This document shows, one piece after another, positions 27,801 to 36,022 of a DNA stretch of 64,000 nucleotides. The position numbers were made by a program, and so were the translations under genes. Within the stretch, counting starts at the first letter, position 1; every line of letters starts with the position of its first letter. The notes beneath the pieces are model-generated. The model saw only the letters and a list, made by a program, of their open reading frames with translations, was not told the DNA's origin and made no database searches. Origin of the DNA: Corallococcus exiguus (lineage in GTDB: Bacteria > Myxococcota > Myxococcia > Myxococcales > Myxococcaceae); NCBI RefSeq assembly GCF_965139275.1, contig NZ_CBCSLE010000005.1, one strand, 5' to 3'.

Positions 27801-30800
27801 GGTGGACCGCGTGGTGGTGGCGGAGAACCAGATTCTGGGATCCGCGGCCGTGGGCATCCAGGTCGCGGGCGATGGCGTGGACGTCGTGGGCAACGAGATC
27901 CGCAACGCCGTGTCGGACAGCCTGTTCCAGGTGGGCATCCAACTGGTGGGCCGGGCGCTGCGCGTGCGCGAGTCGTGGATCTCCCTGCCGGCCGTGCCCG
28001 CCGCGTCCGTGCTGGGCGTGGTGGCCGGCATCGTCGTGGGCGACGGCCTGGATGACGGCGCGTCCAACGGCCGCCCCGCCTCGGACGTGGAGGTGGTGGA
28101 CAACCGCATCGAAGGCGACGGCGAGTCCACGCCGGGCTTCGGCATCCTGCTGGGCGGTCCGCAGCCGGTGTTCGACGTGCGCATCCGAGGCAACGTGGTG
28201 CGCGCGCTGGGGGACTCGGCCGTGCGCACCTGGGGCACGGGCGGCGCGGTGGGACGCCTGCGCGTGGAGGACAACCGCTTCGAACAGGTGGCGCTCGCGG
28301 ACGTGCCGTCGCAGGAGGACAACACGCTGGCGCTGTCCCGCCTGGACCCAGGCCTGGAGGCCGTGCTGAGCGCGGACGCGAAGTCCCGTCCCCGGCCGCT
28401 CGTGGAGGCGCTGCTCGCCAACGCCACGACCCGCGTGCGCGCTCCCCTGGACGCGGCGCTGCGCTGGCTGGAGCGGTTGACGCTCCGGGGCGCGGTGGTG
28501 CTCGCGGGCGTGGACGAGGCGCAGGTGCGCGGCAACCGGCTGCTCCAGGTGGGGCGCACGGAGGCCTACGGCGCGCCCGGACTCCCGGACGCGGAGGTGC
28601 GAGCTGCGGGTATCGCGGTGGTGTCCGGCTCCGGCATCACCGTGGAGGGCAACGAGGTGGACGGCGTGCACGCGCCGGTGACGACGACGCAGCCGCCGCC
28701 CGTGACGGGCCCGGTGAAGCTGCCGCCCATCACCGTGGTGCTCCAGCAACTCAGTGTCACGAGCTCCACGGTCCGCCCGGAGCGCGCGGACGTGCACGGC
28801 GCCGTGGTGGGCCTGTACGCCATCGTGTTGCAGTACACGGGCGCGAACGTGGACGGACGCCAGAAGGCTGGCCGGGGCCTGTACGGCCCGCTCGACACCC
28901 TGGTGGTGGAGCTGGAGGACCTGGGGACCGTGCCCGACTCCATTCTCTCCGCGCTGGAGAACGACGTCGCGGAGCTGCGCGCCGCCCAGAGCTTCAACGA
29001 CCACACCCAGACCGCGCACGCGGTGCGCTCGTCGCTGAGCCGCGCCTCCAGCTTCACCGCGCCGGACCCCGTGTCCCAGGAGGCGTGGGACATGGTGGCG
29101 CAGTTCGATCTGGCCACTGTGTCCGGCAAGGACGCCGTGGTGGCGACGGCGGACCGCATCAAGGGCGCCTTCGACTCGCTGGTGCAGGGCCTGCCCTCCG
29201 ACACGCAGGAGGGCCTCCTCAAGGCCCTGGCCCGGGTACAGGGCGGGCCGACTGACCTGACCGCGCTGGTCACGCTGGCGGGGGCGTTGAGCCAGGTGGC
29301 CCAGCTGCGCGAGGCGCAGGCGCAGCGCGCGAGGCAGCCCGTCATCGGCCAGGCGGTGGGGCCCAAGAAGACCATCATCGGCACCTTCGCCCAGGCCGCG
29401 CTGCAACAGCTGCCGCTCCAGCCGGGAACCCGGGACGCGAAGGCCAACACGGACGTGCTCGTGCAGCTGCGCCTGTCCAAGGAGGCCCTGACGGATCAGC
29501 TCCAGGAGCTTCACCCCGCGCTGGCCTCGCAGGTGGAGGCGGACTACCGCGACGTGGAGCGCACCGGCGGCAAGATGCAGCCGGTGGTGGACCGCATGCG
29601 CGCCACGCTCAAGCAGGTGCTGGACTTCACCACCGGCGTGCTGCCCCCGTCGGACGTCGCGCCGGAGGACGGCACGCGCATCGCGGCGCAGGGGATCACC
29701 GCCACCATCGGCCTGTACGCCACGAACCTGGACCGGCAGGCGGCGGGCCTCGTCACGGAATCCGACGACACGGTGGAGAAGCAGCTGCGCGCCTTCGGCA
29801 CCGCGGTGGGGCAGCTGGGCGAGCTGGTGAGCGGCGACGCGGAGCTGTCCGCGCTCTCGTTGCAGGCGCACCAGGCGGTGGTCGACGCCATCGCCCAGCC
29901 GCAGAAGCGCATGGAGCAGGTGGCCATCGCCCGGAGTCTCCTGGACCGCATCCGCGTGCAGACGCTGGAGGTGCTGCCCATGCCCCTACCGCCCGTGCCG
30001 CCGAAGGCAGAGCCGCTGGAGCGCTGGGTCTCCGCCCTGGGCGCGCTGGTGCTGGCCGTGCGCGACATGGCGCCGGGGCCGGTGCTCAGCGGCTCGTTGC
30101 AGCTCTACCTCTCCCAGTACGACCGCGTGCTGGATATCGCGGGCATCCAGGGGAGGCTCCGCACGCTGGCGCTCCAGCGCGTGAGCGACGCCATCACCGC
30201 GCTCACCAGCGGCAACGGCGGCGTGCCCGCGCGCCAGGCCCTGCACCTGCTGGTGGACGAGCCCGCGACCACCGCCGCGGAGGCCGTCGCCAGATCCAGC
30301 GCGGTGACGGCCGAGCTGGACGCCGCCGCGGTCCTGCTGCGCGCCGTGGAGCAGGCCCTGGATCCCGACGAGGACGACGCATCACGAGTCGCGCGGCTCC
30401 AGGAGTACCTGCGCCAGCGCTCCGACAAGGTCTCCGCGTCGCTCGTCGCCGTCGTCACCGGCATGCAGGAGCTGGACGGCATCCTGGACATGCTGAGCAA
30501 GTCGCTGGAGCAGCTGGCGCGCGGCGAGGCCCCGGACCCCGGCGACCTGGTGGACCCCGTCTTCGACACCTTCCCGTTGCCCGCGGACGGCCTCTTCGTG
30601 TCCGGCGTGCAGGGCCGCGTTCGGCTGGCGGACAACACCGTGCGCGACACCGTCACCGGTATCACCGCCCTGGGCGCTGCGGGGCACCTGCTGACGGAGG
30701 CGCCCACGGATCCAGGCTCGCTGCTGGATGTGGACGGCAATCGGCTGGAGGGCTGCGCGGTGTCGGGCCTGCGGCTGCGGCCGGACCTGTCCGTGACGGT

Positions 30801-32478
30801 GGTCTCCGACAACCACCTCTTCGCGTGCGCGGGCCTGCCCACCGCGGGCGAGCCCGGCCTGGGCCAGGCGGTGGCCTCGTTCGTGGGCTCTGGCGAGCTG
30901 GTGGTGAAGGGCAACGTCTTCCTGGAGAGCGGCAACACGCTGCCGCAGGCGGTGCTCCACGAGGTGGCCATCGACTGGCGAGGCGAGACGGTGGTGCGCG
31001 GCAACACCGTGCGCCACGCGGGCGGCGGTGGCGGAGGCGCGGGCGTCCTCGTCGTCACCGACACGCTGCCTCCGGACCTGGTGGCGAAGCTGTCGCGCGT
31101 ACCCTTCCTCGCCACGGACCCGGTGCCCAAACCGAGCACGGATGGCCGCACGGTCCCCGGCAACTCCGCGCCGTCCTCCATCGCCACGCTCGCGTCGGTG
31201 CCCCGCGTGGAGGACCTGGTGCAGCTGGGTTCGTTGAAGCAGAAGTTCGCCGCGGGGCCGGTGCTCAACCGCGCGCTCACGGTGACGGCCGCGGACTTCG
31301 CGCCCACCCTGAGCGCCAGCGCGGCGGCCTCGCGCTACCTCTCGGCGACGACGGCGCTCGTGCAGCCCGCGTTGGTGGACTTCCTCGTCAAGCCCATCCC
31401 CATCCTTCCGAAGCCGGTGGTGAAGGAGAAGCGGGGCGTGCAGGTGGAGGGCAACGACATCACCGCGCGAGGCCCGGCGCTGCTCCTGCTGGGCAATGGC
31501 GGCGCGGTCATCTCCGCGGCCGTGTCCGGCAACGAGCTGCGCAGCGAGGGCGGCGTGGGCGCGGTGTACCTGCGCCGCGCGGACTCCACCGTCTTCAGCG
31601 GCAACCGGTGCCAGTGCCTGGACGCCGTGAACGTCGTCGTCCTGCGCGTGGAGAAAGCGCCGGTGACCTTCACCGGCAACGTGGTGCTGGGCGCGGAGAC
31701 GGTGACGCCGCCCCCGCCGGTGGTGCGTCCCCAGTGGCTGATGCCCTCGGACAGGCTGACGCTCCAGATTCCCGTGGGCGGAGGCTCCACCCTGGGCGTG
31801 CCCCTGGACCAGGAGCTGCTCCTGGGTGGCCTCCAGCGCCGCCGCGACGTGGCGAGCGATGCCTTCTCCACGCTGCTCGCGGAGCTCGTCTTCCAACCCA
31901 CGCCCCTCCCGCCCCAGGCCCGGGCGGAGATCCCCGCCAAGGGCGTGCTGGACAACACCACGATGCAGGACGTCCGCTCGAAGCTGCCCGCGACCATGGA
32001 CGTGAGCATGGCGGCCCGGACGCTCTACGGCATCGCGGTGACCAAGGACGACTCGCCCACGAGCGCCCTGCGGGACCTGGTGGACCGCGTCGCGATGCAC
32101 GCGGACAAGCCCGAGGACGTGCAGGGCCAGGTGCGCTCCGTGCTGACCGCGGCGGACGGCGACCCGAAGAAGGCCCTCCAGCTGGTGGACAAGAGCGTGC
32201 TCGGCATCGACTCGGCGGCGTCCACGGTGAAGGAGAGCATCCTCAACGTCTCCGTGCTGCACGAGGTGCTGGCGGACTCGTTCTACACGGGCGGCACCAC
32301 CGGCCCCATCCCGGTGCAGGACGCGGGCATCCGGCCCCTCCCGCCGGAGCCGCTACCGGATCCGTATGCCCACTCCGTCATCATCCTGGGCGGCTCGCGC
32401 GTGGCGGCCGTCGGCAACGCGACCACCTCCGGTGTGCACGTCCAGGAAGCCGACGCCGTGGTGGAGCTCAACCCGTAG
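24871..32478 (+). CDS. Giant (2535 aa) beta-helix-repeat protein; putative tail fibre / receptor-binding or surface-degrading component
   Basis: ATGA-coupled to the gpI-like gene. Long tracts of pectate-lyase-like parallel beta-helix repeats (NRVGAATGIAVAP...ITNNRLQPLGDATTGIHVADGRLAGVEVRGNSVQGFQVGILVQD...). Alpha-helical C-terminal third. Occupies the fibre (H-like) position after J/I. Confidence 0.6.
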   Translation: MTVKAYTSRSRFDEARRFSGVYQQMGRMSLDADWNEEVRLRTVDSRRRSADVAEGSPDDGFRIVDTYLVDPIRNVLGWTGQGLPADDERIIPRELRLDRYDSETLPFVVRSRGHIALRRTLPAPLDLTAVPRSDSTTFTASVLVIGLRFERPLTDDEFIDLRVVVADTEGNEAVLSAGLGQRPTGWNDVRFPVAAFAGVDPTKLSSWGVLGLPPVARTWVAALRVEDAALGADIIIRGGDGTLPGAGRMLLDGVRIFLEQDLRYSVQLDLPEADPLAALPTDGSRHHFFFLDCWEQTTTQYDDAFLEEPALDGQDTTVRLRLVTQVRALQGLSDTDAEVLPTPTSGARLTTNIPKGALPDRFPPEPLDPCRDRCLSTENASTGEGYTGSDNLHFRVEFFRGGAQPVVLWSRDNGSTVLPLTAPAAADAMTLQVSPASAAKLRAGDLVVIEDRVTRLQPEGPSLPVLRRLRGVQADTGKLELADASTVLTTDPVPLPVGGTLGRAFSPEQGAVVRRWDGGDLVVPNTRYRFDDGITLAFGNTEGRATEYWSFTVRVRAADGAARGEVEQLTDAPVHGPVHHCVPLARVTGGETRIFEDLRPRYLPLAQVRDRLVELSERVIGPGVFTVVVGDGVRSFGDVDQDLLEGITGDEALQAAVDRMGGQGGSIFVRAGRYKLEHPVLLRNLSSVHLLGDGEATELRTQGSGGAFFLDRCGLDGDVRIEDLKLVEAPFEDVVIGGGLQPVVKAVKTSVALSNGQRFVPLVEVDDDRVLEEDDVKHPSAEADFVDVVVDRIKAIVPGQGRAAGSVVATLVQLRKLQRQHPGQPLEDVPEAKPLLDALAALPHGVVTLADSSGVTLRRCHIQANQAGSEATGVLVTGTCARIVIDENRVGAATGIAVAPYAPYLAERFLASFPRAGLFVDALAITNNRLQPLGDATTGIHVADGRLAGVEVRGNSVQGFQVGILVQDLAEGGLAGPVDRVVVAENQILGSAAVGIQVAGDGVDVVGNEIRNAVSDSLFQVGIQLVGRALRVRESWISLPAVPAASVLGVVAGIVVGDGLDDGASNGRPASDVEVVDNRIEGDGESTPGFGILLGGPQPVFDVRIRGNVVRALGDSAVRTWGTGGAVGRLRVEDNRFEQVALADVPSQEDNTLALSRLDPGLEAVLSADAKSRPRPLVEALLANATTRVRAPLDAALRWLERLTLRGAVVLAGVDEAQVRGNRLLQVGRTEAYGAPGLPDAEVRAAGIAVVSGSGITVEGNEVDGVHAPVTTTQPPPVTGPVKLPPITVVLQQLSVTSSTVRPERADVHGAVVGLYAIVLQYTGANVDGRQKAGRGLYGPLDTLVVELEDLGTVPDSILSALENDVAELRAAQSFNDHTQTAHAVRSSLSRASSFTAPDPVSQEAWDMVAQFDLATVSGKDAVVATADRIKGAFDSLVQGLPSDTQEGLLKALARVQGGPTDLTALVTLAGALSQVAQLREAQAQRARQPVIGQAVGPKKTIIGTFAQAALQQLPLQPGTRDAKANTDVLVQLRLSKEALTDQLQELHPALASQVEADYRDVERTGGKMQPVVDRMRATLKQVLDFTTGVLPPSDVAPEDGTRIAAQGITATIGLYATNLDRQAAGLVTESDDTVEKQLRAFGTAVGQLGELVSGDAELSALSLQAHQAVVDAIAQPQKRMEQVAIARSLLDRIRVQTLEVLPMPLPPVPPKAEPLERWVSALGALVLAVRDMAPGPVLSGSLQLYLSQYDRVLDIAGIQGRLRTLALQRVSDAITALTSGNGGVPARQALHLLVDEPATTAAEAVARSSAVTAELDAAAVLLRAVEQALDPDEDDASRVARLQEYLRQRSDKVSASLVAVVTGMQELDGILDMLSKSLEQLARGEAPDPGDLVDPVFDTFPLPADGLFVSGVQGRVRLADNTVRDTVTGITALGAAGHLLTEAPTDPGSLLDVDGNRLEGCAVSGLRLRPDLSVTVVSDNHLFACAGLPTAGEPGLGQAVASFVGSGELVVKGNVFLESGNTLPQAVLHEVAIDWRGETVVRGNTVRHAGGGGGGAGVLVVTDTLPPDLVAKLSRVPFLATDPVPKPSTDGRTVPGNSAPSSIATLASVPRVEDLVQLGSLKQKFAAGPVLNRALTVTAADFAPTLSASAAASRYLSATTALVQPALVDFLVKPIPILPKPVVKEKRGVQVEGNDITARGPALLLLGNGGAVISAAVSGNELRSEGGVGAVYLRRADSTVFSGNRCQCLDAVNVVVLRVEKAPVTFTGNVVLGAETVTPPPPVVRPQWLMPSDRLTLQIPVGGGSTLGVPLDQELLLGGLQRRRDVASDAFSTLLAELVFQPTPLPPQARAEIPAKGVLDNTTMQDVRSKLPATMDVSMAARTLYGIAVTKDDSPTSALRDLVDRVAMHADKPEDVQGQVRSVLTAADGDPKKALQLVDKSVLGIDSAASTVKESILNVSVLHEVLADSFYTGGTTGPIPVQDAGIRPLPPEPLPDPYAHSVIILGGSRVAAVGNATTSGVHVQEADAVVELNP

Positions 32479-32509
32479 CGCTGGAAGTCCCTTTCGCGAG
32501 GACACCCCC

Positions 32510-32851
32510 ATGCCCGACCCCTTCGCCCTCAGTGGCCTTGTCGCCCTCCAGCGCACCGCGCTGCCCGAAGTCTCCCTCTCCGCCACGCCGGACGCGCCCG
32601 ACGCGAAGGCCGCGACGCTGGAGAACCTGGCCGGCACGCGCGCGAAGCTGGACCTGGACACCTCCGTGCTCCGGGCGCTGGACGTGCGCATCTCCCGTCT
32701 GCCGCCGGTGCCCACGGTGCCCGTGACGCTCCAGGACCTGGTGCGCGCCGCGCGCCGCAGGCTCGCCTCCGAGCGCCAGCGCGACGTGGGCGTCTGGGTG
32801 GACACGCGCGTGAAGCTGGCCACGCGGCTGGTGCAGAAGCTGGAGGAGTGA
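32510..32851 (+). CDS. Hypothetical 113-aa protein upstream of the spike
   Basis: In-frame ATG with GC3 bias. Stop overlaps the next start (TGATG). Confidence 0.45.
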   Translation: MPDPFALSGLVALQRTALPEVSLSATPDAPDAKAATLENLAGTRAKLDLDTSVLRALDVRISRLPPVPTVPVTLQDLVRAARRRLASERQRDVGVWVDTRVKLATRLVQKLEE

Positions 32852-33060
32852 TGCGCAAGCTGCTCGAAGCCAGCATGGGGCAGCGCTGCTACCTCTTCAC
32901 CACGCTGGGCCAGGTGTACGTGGGCCTGGTGGTGGAGCTCATCGACGACGTCGTCCACCTCACCGGGCCGGATGGCGCCACACCCGTCTACATCAACCTG
33001 TCGGACGTCTCCGGCGTGCGCCAGTACGACGAGGACGACGACCTGGGGAGCGCGCGATGA
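32851..33060 (+). CDS. Hypothetical 69-aa protein (small beta-rich); candidate spike adaptor/tip
   Basis: MRKLLEASMGQRCYLFTTLGQVYVGLVVELIDDVVHLTGPDGATPVYINLSDVSGV. Translationally coupled on both sides; directly precedes the spike gene. Confidence 0.45.
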   Translation: MRKLLEASMGQRCYLFTTLGQVYVGLVVELIDDVVHLTGPDGATPVYINLSDVSGVRQYDEDDDLGSAR

Positions 33061-34244
33061 TCGAACAACTGCTGCAGCAGCTCATCGAACGCACGGAGAG
33101 CCGCTACTTCGGCAAGTACCGGGGCTATGTGACGAACGTCTCGGATCCGCTCAACCTGGGGCGCATCCAGTGCGTGGTGCCGCGCCTGATGGGGGACGTG
33201 GCCACGGGCTGGGCCATGCCGTGCACGCCATACGCGGGACCGGATCAGGGCCTCTTCGTGGTGCCGGACGTGGGCGCGGGCGTCTGGGTGGAGTTCGAGG
33301 GCGGAGACCTATCCCAACCCATCTGGAGCGGCATGTGGTGGGGGCAGCCCGCGCTCGCGGACCTGGGCCAGCCGGACTCCACCGCGCGAGTGGCCCCGGA
33401 CGTCAGTGAGATTCCCAAGCACGATTACCCGCCCCAGTCCGCGGTGCCGGGCGTGCGGATGCTCAAGTCCGCCACGGGCCACTACATCGTCCTGGACGAC
33501 CGGCCGGAGACCGCGCGCGTGGAGATCCACGACCGGCAGGGCAACCGCGTCATCCTGTCCGCGGAAGGCCTGGACCGGCTCATCAGCAACGAGCGCACGG
33601 TGAACGAGGGCAACCGCTCCGCGGAGGTGGACGGCGACGACCACCTGGAGGTGGCGGGCAAGCAGGACGAGACGGTGGACGGCAGCCACACCCGCGACGT
33701 GGGCGGGGACGTGTCGCTGCACGTGACGGGGTCGCTGACGGAAAAGGTGGACGTGGCGGGCTACTCGCGCACGGTGGGTGGCAGCGGCCTGAAGGAGATC
33801 GTCGGCGGCCCGCGTGAGGACCGCATCCAGGGCAGCCACACGCGCATCGTCTCCGGCGCGTCGCAGGAAACAGCGGTGGGAGGCTACGGCGTCACGTCCG
33901 GCGGCAACGTGAACCTCGCGGCGGGCAAGGCGGTGACGGTGGCCGCGGCGATGCCGGACATGCCGGGCCCGTCGCTCAACGCCGTCTCCATCGACGCGTT
34001 GGCAGGCAACGTGTCCATCAACACGATGCTGGGCGTGTGCCAGATGGGAGGCCTCACCGCCATCTCGCCCATGGTGTTGGGGGACGGGCTGGCCATCCAC
34101 TTCACGATGCTGGCGCAGATCCTCAAGGCGGTGAACCCGATGACGGTGGCTGCGTACGGGCCGCTCCTGGATGTCTGGGCGGCGATGACGCCAATGCTGG
34201 ACTGGTCCTACTTCGGCTTCGTCAAGCGCATGCCGGTGGGGTGA
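33057..34244 (+). CDS. Baseplate spike protein (P2 gpV / T4 gp5 / VgrG-like: OB-fold plus beta-helix)
   Basis: YRGYVTNVSDPLNLGRIQCVVPRLMGDVATGWAMPCTPYAGPDQGLFVVPDVGAGVWVEFEGGDLSQPIWSGMWW is the hallmark Phage_base_V N-terminal domain. Followed by repetitive beta-helix-like segments (VDG..H.., GGxV). Confidence 0.8.
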   Translation: MIEQLLQQLIERTESRYFGKYRGYVTNVSDPLNLGRIQCVVPRLMGDVATGWAMPCTPYAGPDQGLFVVPDVGAGVWVEFEGGDLSQPIWSGMWWGQPALADLGQPDSTARVAPDVSEIPKHDYPPQSAVPGVRMLKSATGHYIVLDDRPETARVEIHDRQGNRVILSAEGLDRLISNERTVNEGNRSAEVDGDDHLEVAGKQDETVDGSHTRDVGGDVSLHVTGSLTEKVDVAGYSRTVGGSGLKEIVGGPREDRIQGSHTRIVSGASQETAVGGYGVTSGGNVNLAAGKAVTVAAAMPDMPGPSLNAVSIDALAGNVSINTMLGVCQMGGLTAISPMVLGDGLAIHFTMLAQILKAVNPMTVAAYGPLLDVWAAMTPMLDWSYFGFVKRMPVG

Positions 34245-34248
34245 CGCG

Positions 34249-34443
34249 ATGAAGGCTCCCGACTGGAAGCCACTGGAAGCCTCGGTGCTGCGCGAGCGGC
34301 TGGAGGAGGTGAAGGCCCTGCTGCTCCAGGCGGCGGCGGTGGGCGTGGCCCAGGACGCCGAGCGGCTGGAGAAGCTGATGGAGCTGGAACAACGCACCCG
34401 GGAGGACGCGCGTGGCCGAGTTCAACGACGCCGCTATCGCTGA
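34249..34443 (+). CDS. Small 64-aa coiled-coil ORF; its 3' end overlaps the next gene by 32 nt, so reality or extent is uncertain
   Basis: ATG 5 nt after the spike stop. GC3 bias is good at the 5' part but degrades in the overlap with 34412-36022. Confidence 0.35.
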   Translation: MKAPDWKPLEASVLRERLEEVKALLLQAAAVGVAQDAERLEKLMELEQRTREDARGRVQRRRYR

Positions 34444-36022
34444 GCTCCACGGCGCGCTGGAGGCCTGCTGCGAGGACCTGGCGAAGGCATTGGAGGATGC
34501 GGAAGGCACGGACGCCACCGGCACTGAGGCCGGGGGCGGGCCCGCGTGGCGGCCGCTGCTGATCGGCGTGCCGCCGGGGTTGGAGCAGCTGGTGGGCATC
34601 ATCAAGCCGCCGCTGCAGATCATCATCGCGGTGCTCCAGTTCGTGCAGGCGCTGCTCCAGGCGCTGGCGGCCATCCTCCTGGGCCTGCCGGATCCGTTCC
34701 GGGCGCTCATCCTCGCGGCCTACGAGCTGCTCAAGGACATCATCAACGACCTGCTCAACGCGGGCGCGTACCTCTACGCCGACGCGCCGGGCATCGGGCC
34801 CACGGAGACGAACCTGGCGGAGACGGGCTTCATCCCGAACATCCCCAAGGACTTCAAGGCGGGCTTCGCGCTGGAGCGCCCGCCAGTGACGCCGGACGGC
34901 TTCGCGCGCTGGGCGGGGCGGTTCGTCGCGTCCTTCGATGATCCGGGGGACGACTCGCGCCCGACGGTGACGGACGGCGCGCCGGTGCAGGCGGTGTTCA
35001 TCGTGATGGCGGCACCGTCGCTGGATGCACTCCGGCAGGCGCTGTACCTGCTGGGCAAGCTGCTCAACATCAGCGCGTTCAAGAAGGCGTTCGAGAAATA
35101 CCCGAAGGGCGCGCTGGATCCGCGCCGCAGCCGGGCGCGTGGCAGGTCGGTGAAGCCGGACTGGAAGTCCGCGCGCATGCGCGACCTGTTCCCGGACCTG
35201 GAGAAGCTGCTCATCCTCCCGGAGGCGCTGAGGGCGCTGCTCCTGTCGGTGGACAACCTGGCGACGCTTCTGCGGAGTCTCGCCGCCGCGATGCAGGACA
35301 AGGTGCAGGTGTTGATGAAGCTGGCGCAGGCGGTGCAGGCCATCATCGACCTGCTGAACGCGCTCAAGTCCGCGGGCATGTACGCGCTGCCGGTGTCCAC
35401 GACGGGCGGAGTGGCGGGGCTGAAGCAGGCCTTCCTCACGGCGACGAACCGGCCCCCGGGAGGCTACGTGGGAGGCATCTGCCTGCTGGCGGCGGGGCCC
35501 AACCTGGCGAAGGCCGCGATGCTCTGGGAACTGCTGGGCCTGTCCGCGGCGATGGAGCTGGCATCGGGAGACCTCACGCTCCAGGACGTGAAGAAGGCCC
35601 TGCTGGAGAGCGAGGCCGCGCAGGTGCTGGAGGCGAGCGGTGACGAGGTGAAGGACGCCTGGGGCAACCTGAAGACGAAGGCCCAGAAGCAGGCGGACAA
35701 GTTCGTGAACGCGGTGGAGAAGGCGCCCGAGAGGTTCGTGAAGGCGGTGGGGCGCACGCCCGATGAACTGAAGGCCGCGGCCGAGCGGAGCCGCTCCGCG
35801 CTGGTGGAGGTGCTGGACCAGTCGAAGGAGCACGTGGAGGAACAGAAGGAGATCCTGGAGGGCATGGCGTCCACGAAGCACTCCCAGCGCCGGGGAGGGC
35901 GTTCACTGGCCATCGGCTTCGGAGGTCCAGGCGCGTCCGAACGTCCGCCGAGTCCGCAGCCCCCCGCGGCTGACACGTCCACGCCGCCACCCGGCACGCC
36001 GAAGAAGGGAAACGGCCCGTGA
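34412..36022 (+). CDS. Alpha-helical 536-aa protein; candidate tape-measure (Afp14/Pvc14-like) or assembly protein
   Basis: GTG start. Predicted long helices (LQIIIAVLQFVQALLQALAAILLG..., KVQVLMKLAQAVQAIIDLLNALK) with a Lys/Glu-rich C-terminal half. No other helical TMP-like gene lies among the structural genes. Confidence 0.45.
   Translation: MAEFNDAAIAELHGALEACCEDLAKALEDAEGTDATGTEAGGGPAWRPLLIGVPPGLEQLVGIIKPPLQIIIAVLQFVQALLQALAAILLGLPDPFRALILAAYELLKDIINDLLNAGAYLYADAPGIGPTETNLAETGFIPNIPKDFKAGFALERPPVTPDGFARWAGRFVASFDDPGDDSRPTVTDGAPVQAVFIVMAAPSLDALRQALYLLGKLLNISAFKKAFEKYPKGALDPRRSRARGRSVKPDWKSARMRDLFPDLEKLLILPEALRALLLSVDNLATLLRSLAAAMQDKVQVLMKLAQAVQAIIDLLNALKSAGMYALPVSTTGGVAGLKQAFLTATNRPPGGYVGGICLLAAGPNLAKAAMLWELLGLSAAMELASGDLTLQDVKKALLESEAAQVLEASGDEVKDAWGNLKTKAQKQADKFVNAVEKAPERFVKAVGRTPDELKAAAERSRSALVEVLDQSKEHVEEQKEILEGMASTKHSQRRGGRSLAIGFGGPGASERPPSPQPPAADTSTPPPGTPKKGNGP

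Noticed and set aside
25678-29871. 1397-aa minus-strand ORF antisense to the giant beta-helix gene
   Set aside because: Shadow ORF in high-GC DNA. The plus-strand frame is ATGA-coupled and shows coherent beta-helix repeats.
34380-34445. Programmed ribosomal frameshift joining the 64-aa ORF to the 536-aa protein
   Set aside because: No slippery heptamer (XXXYYYZ) is evident in the overlap. A simple GTG start with overlap is the more economical explanation.
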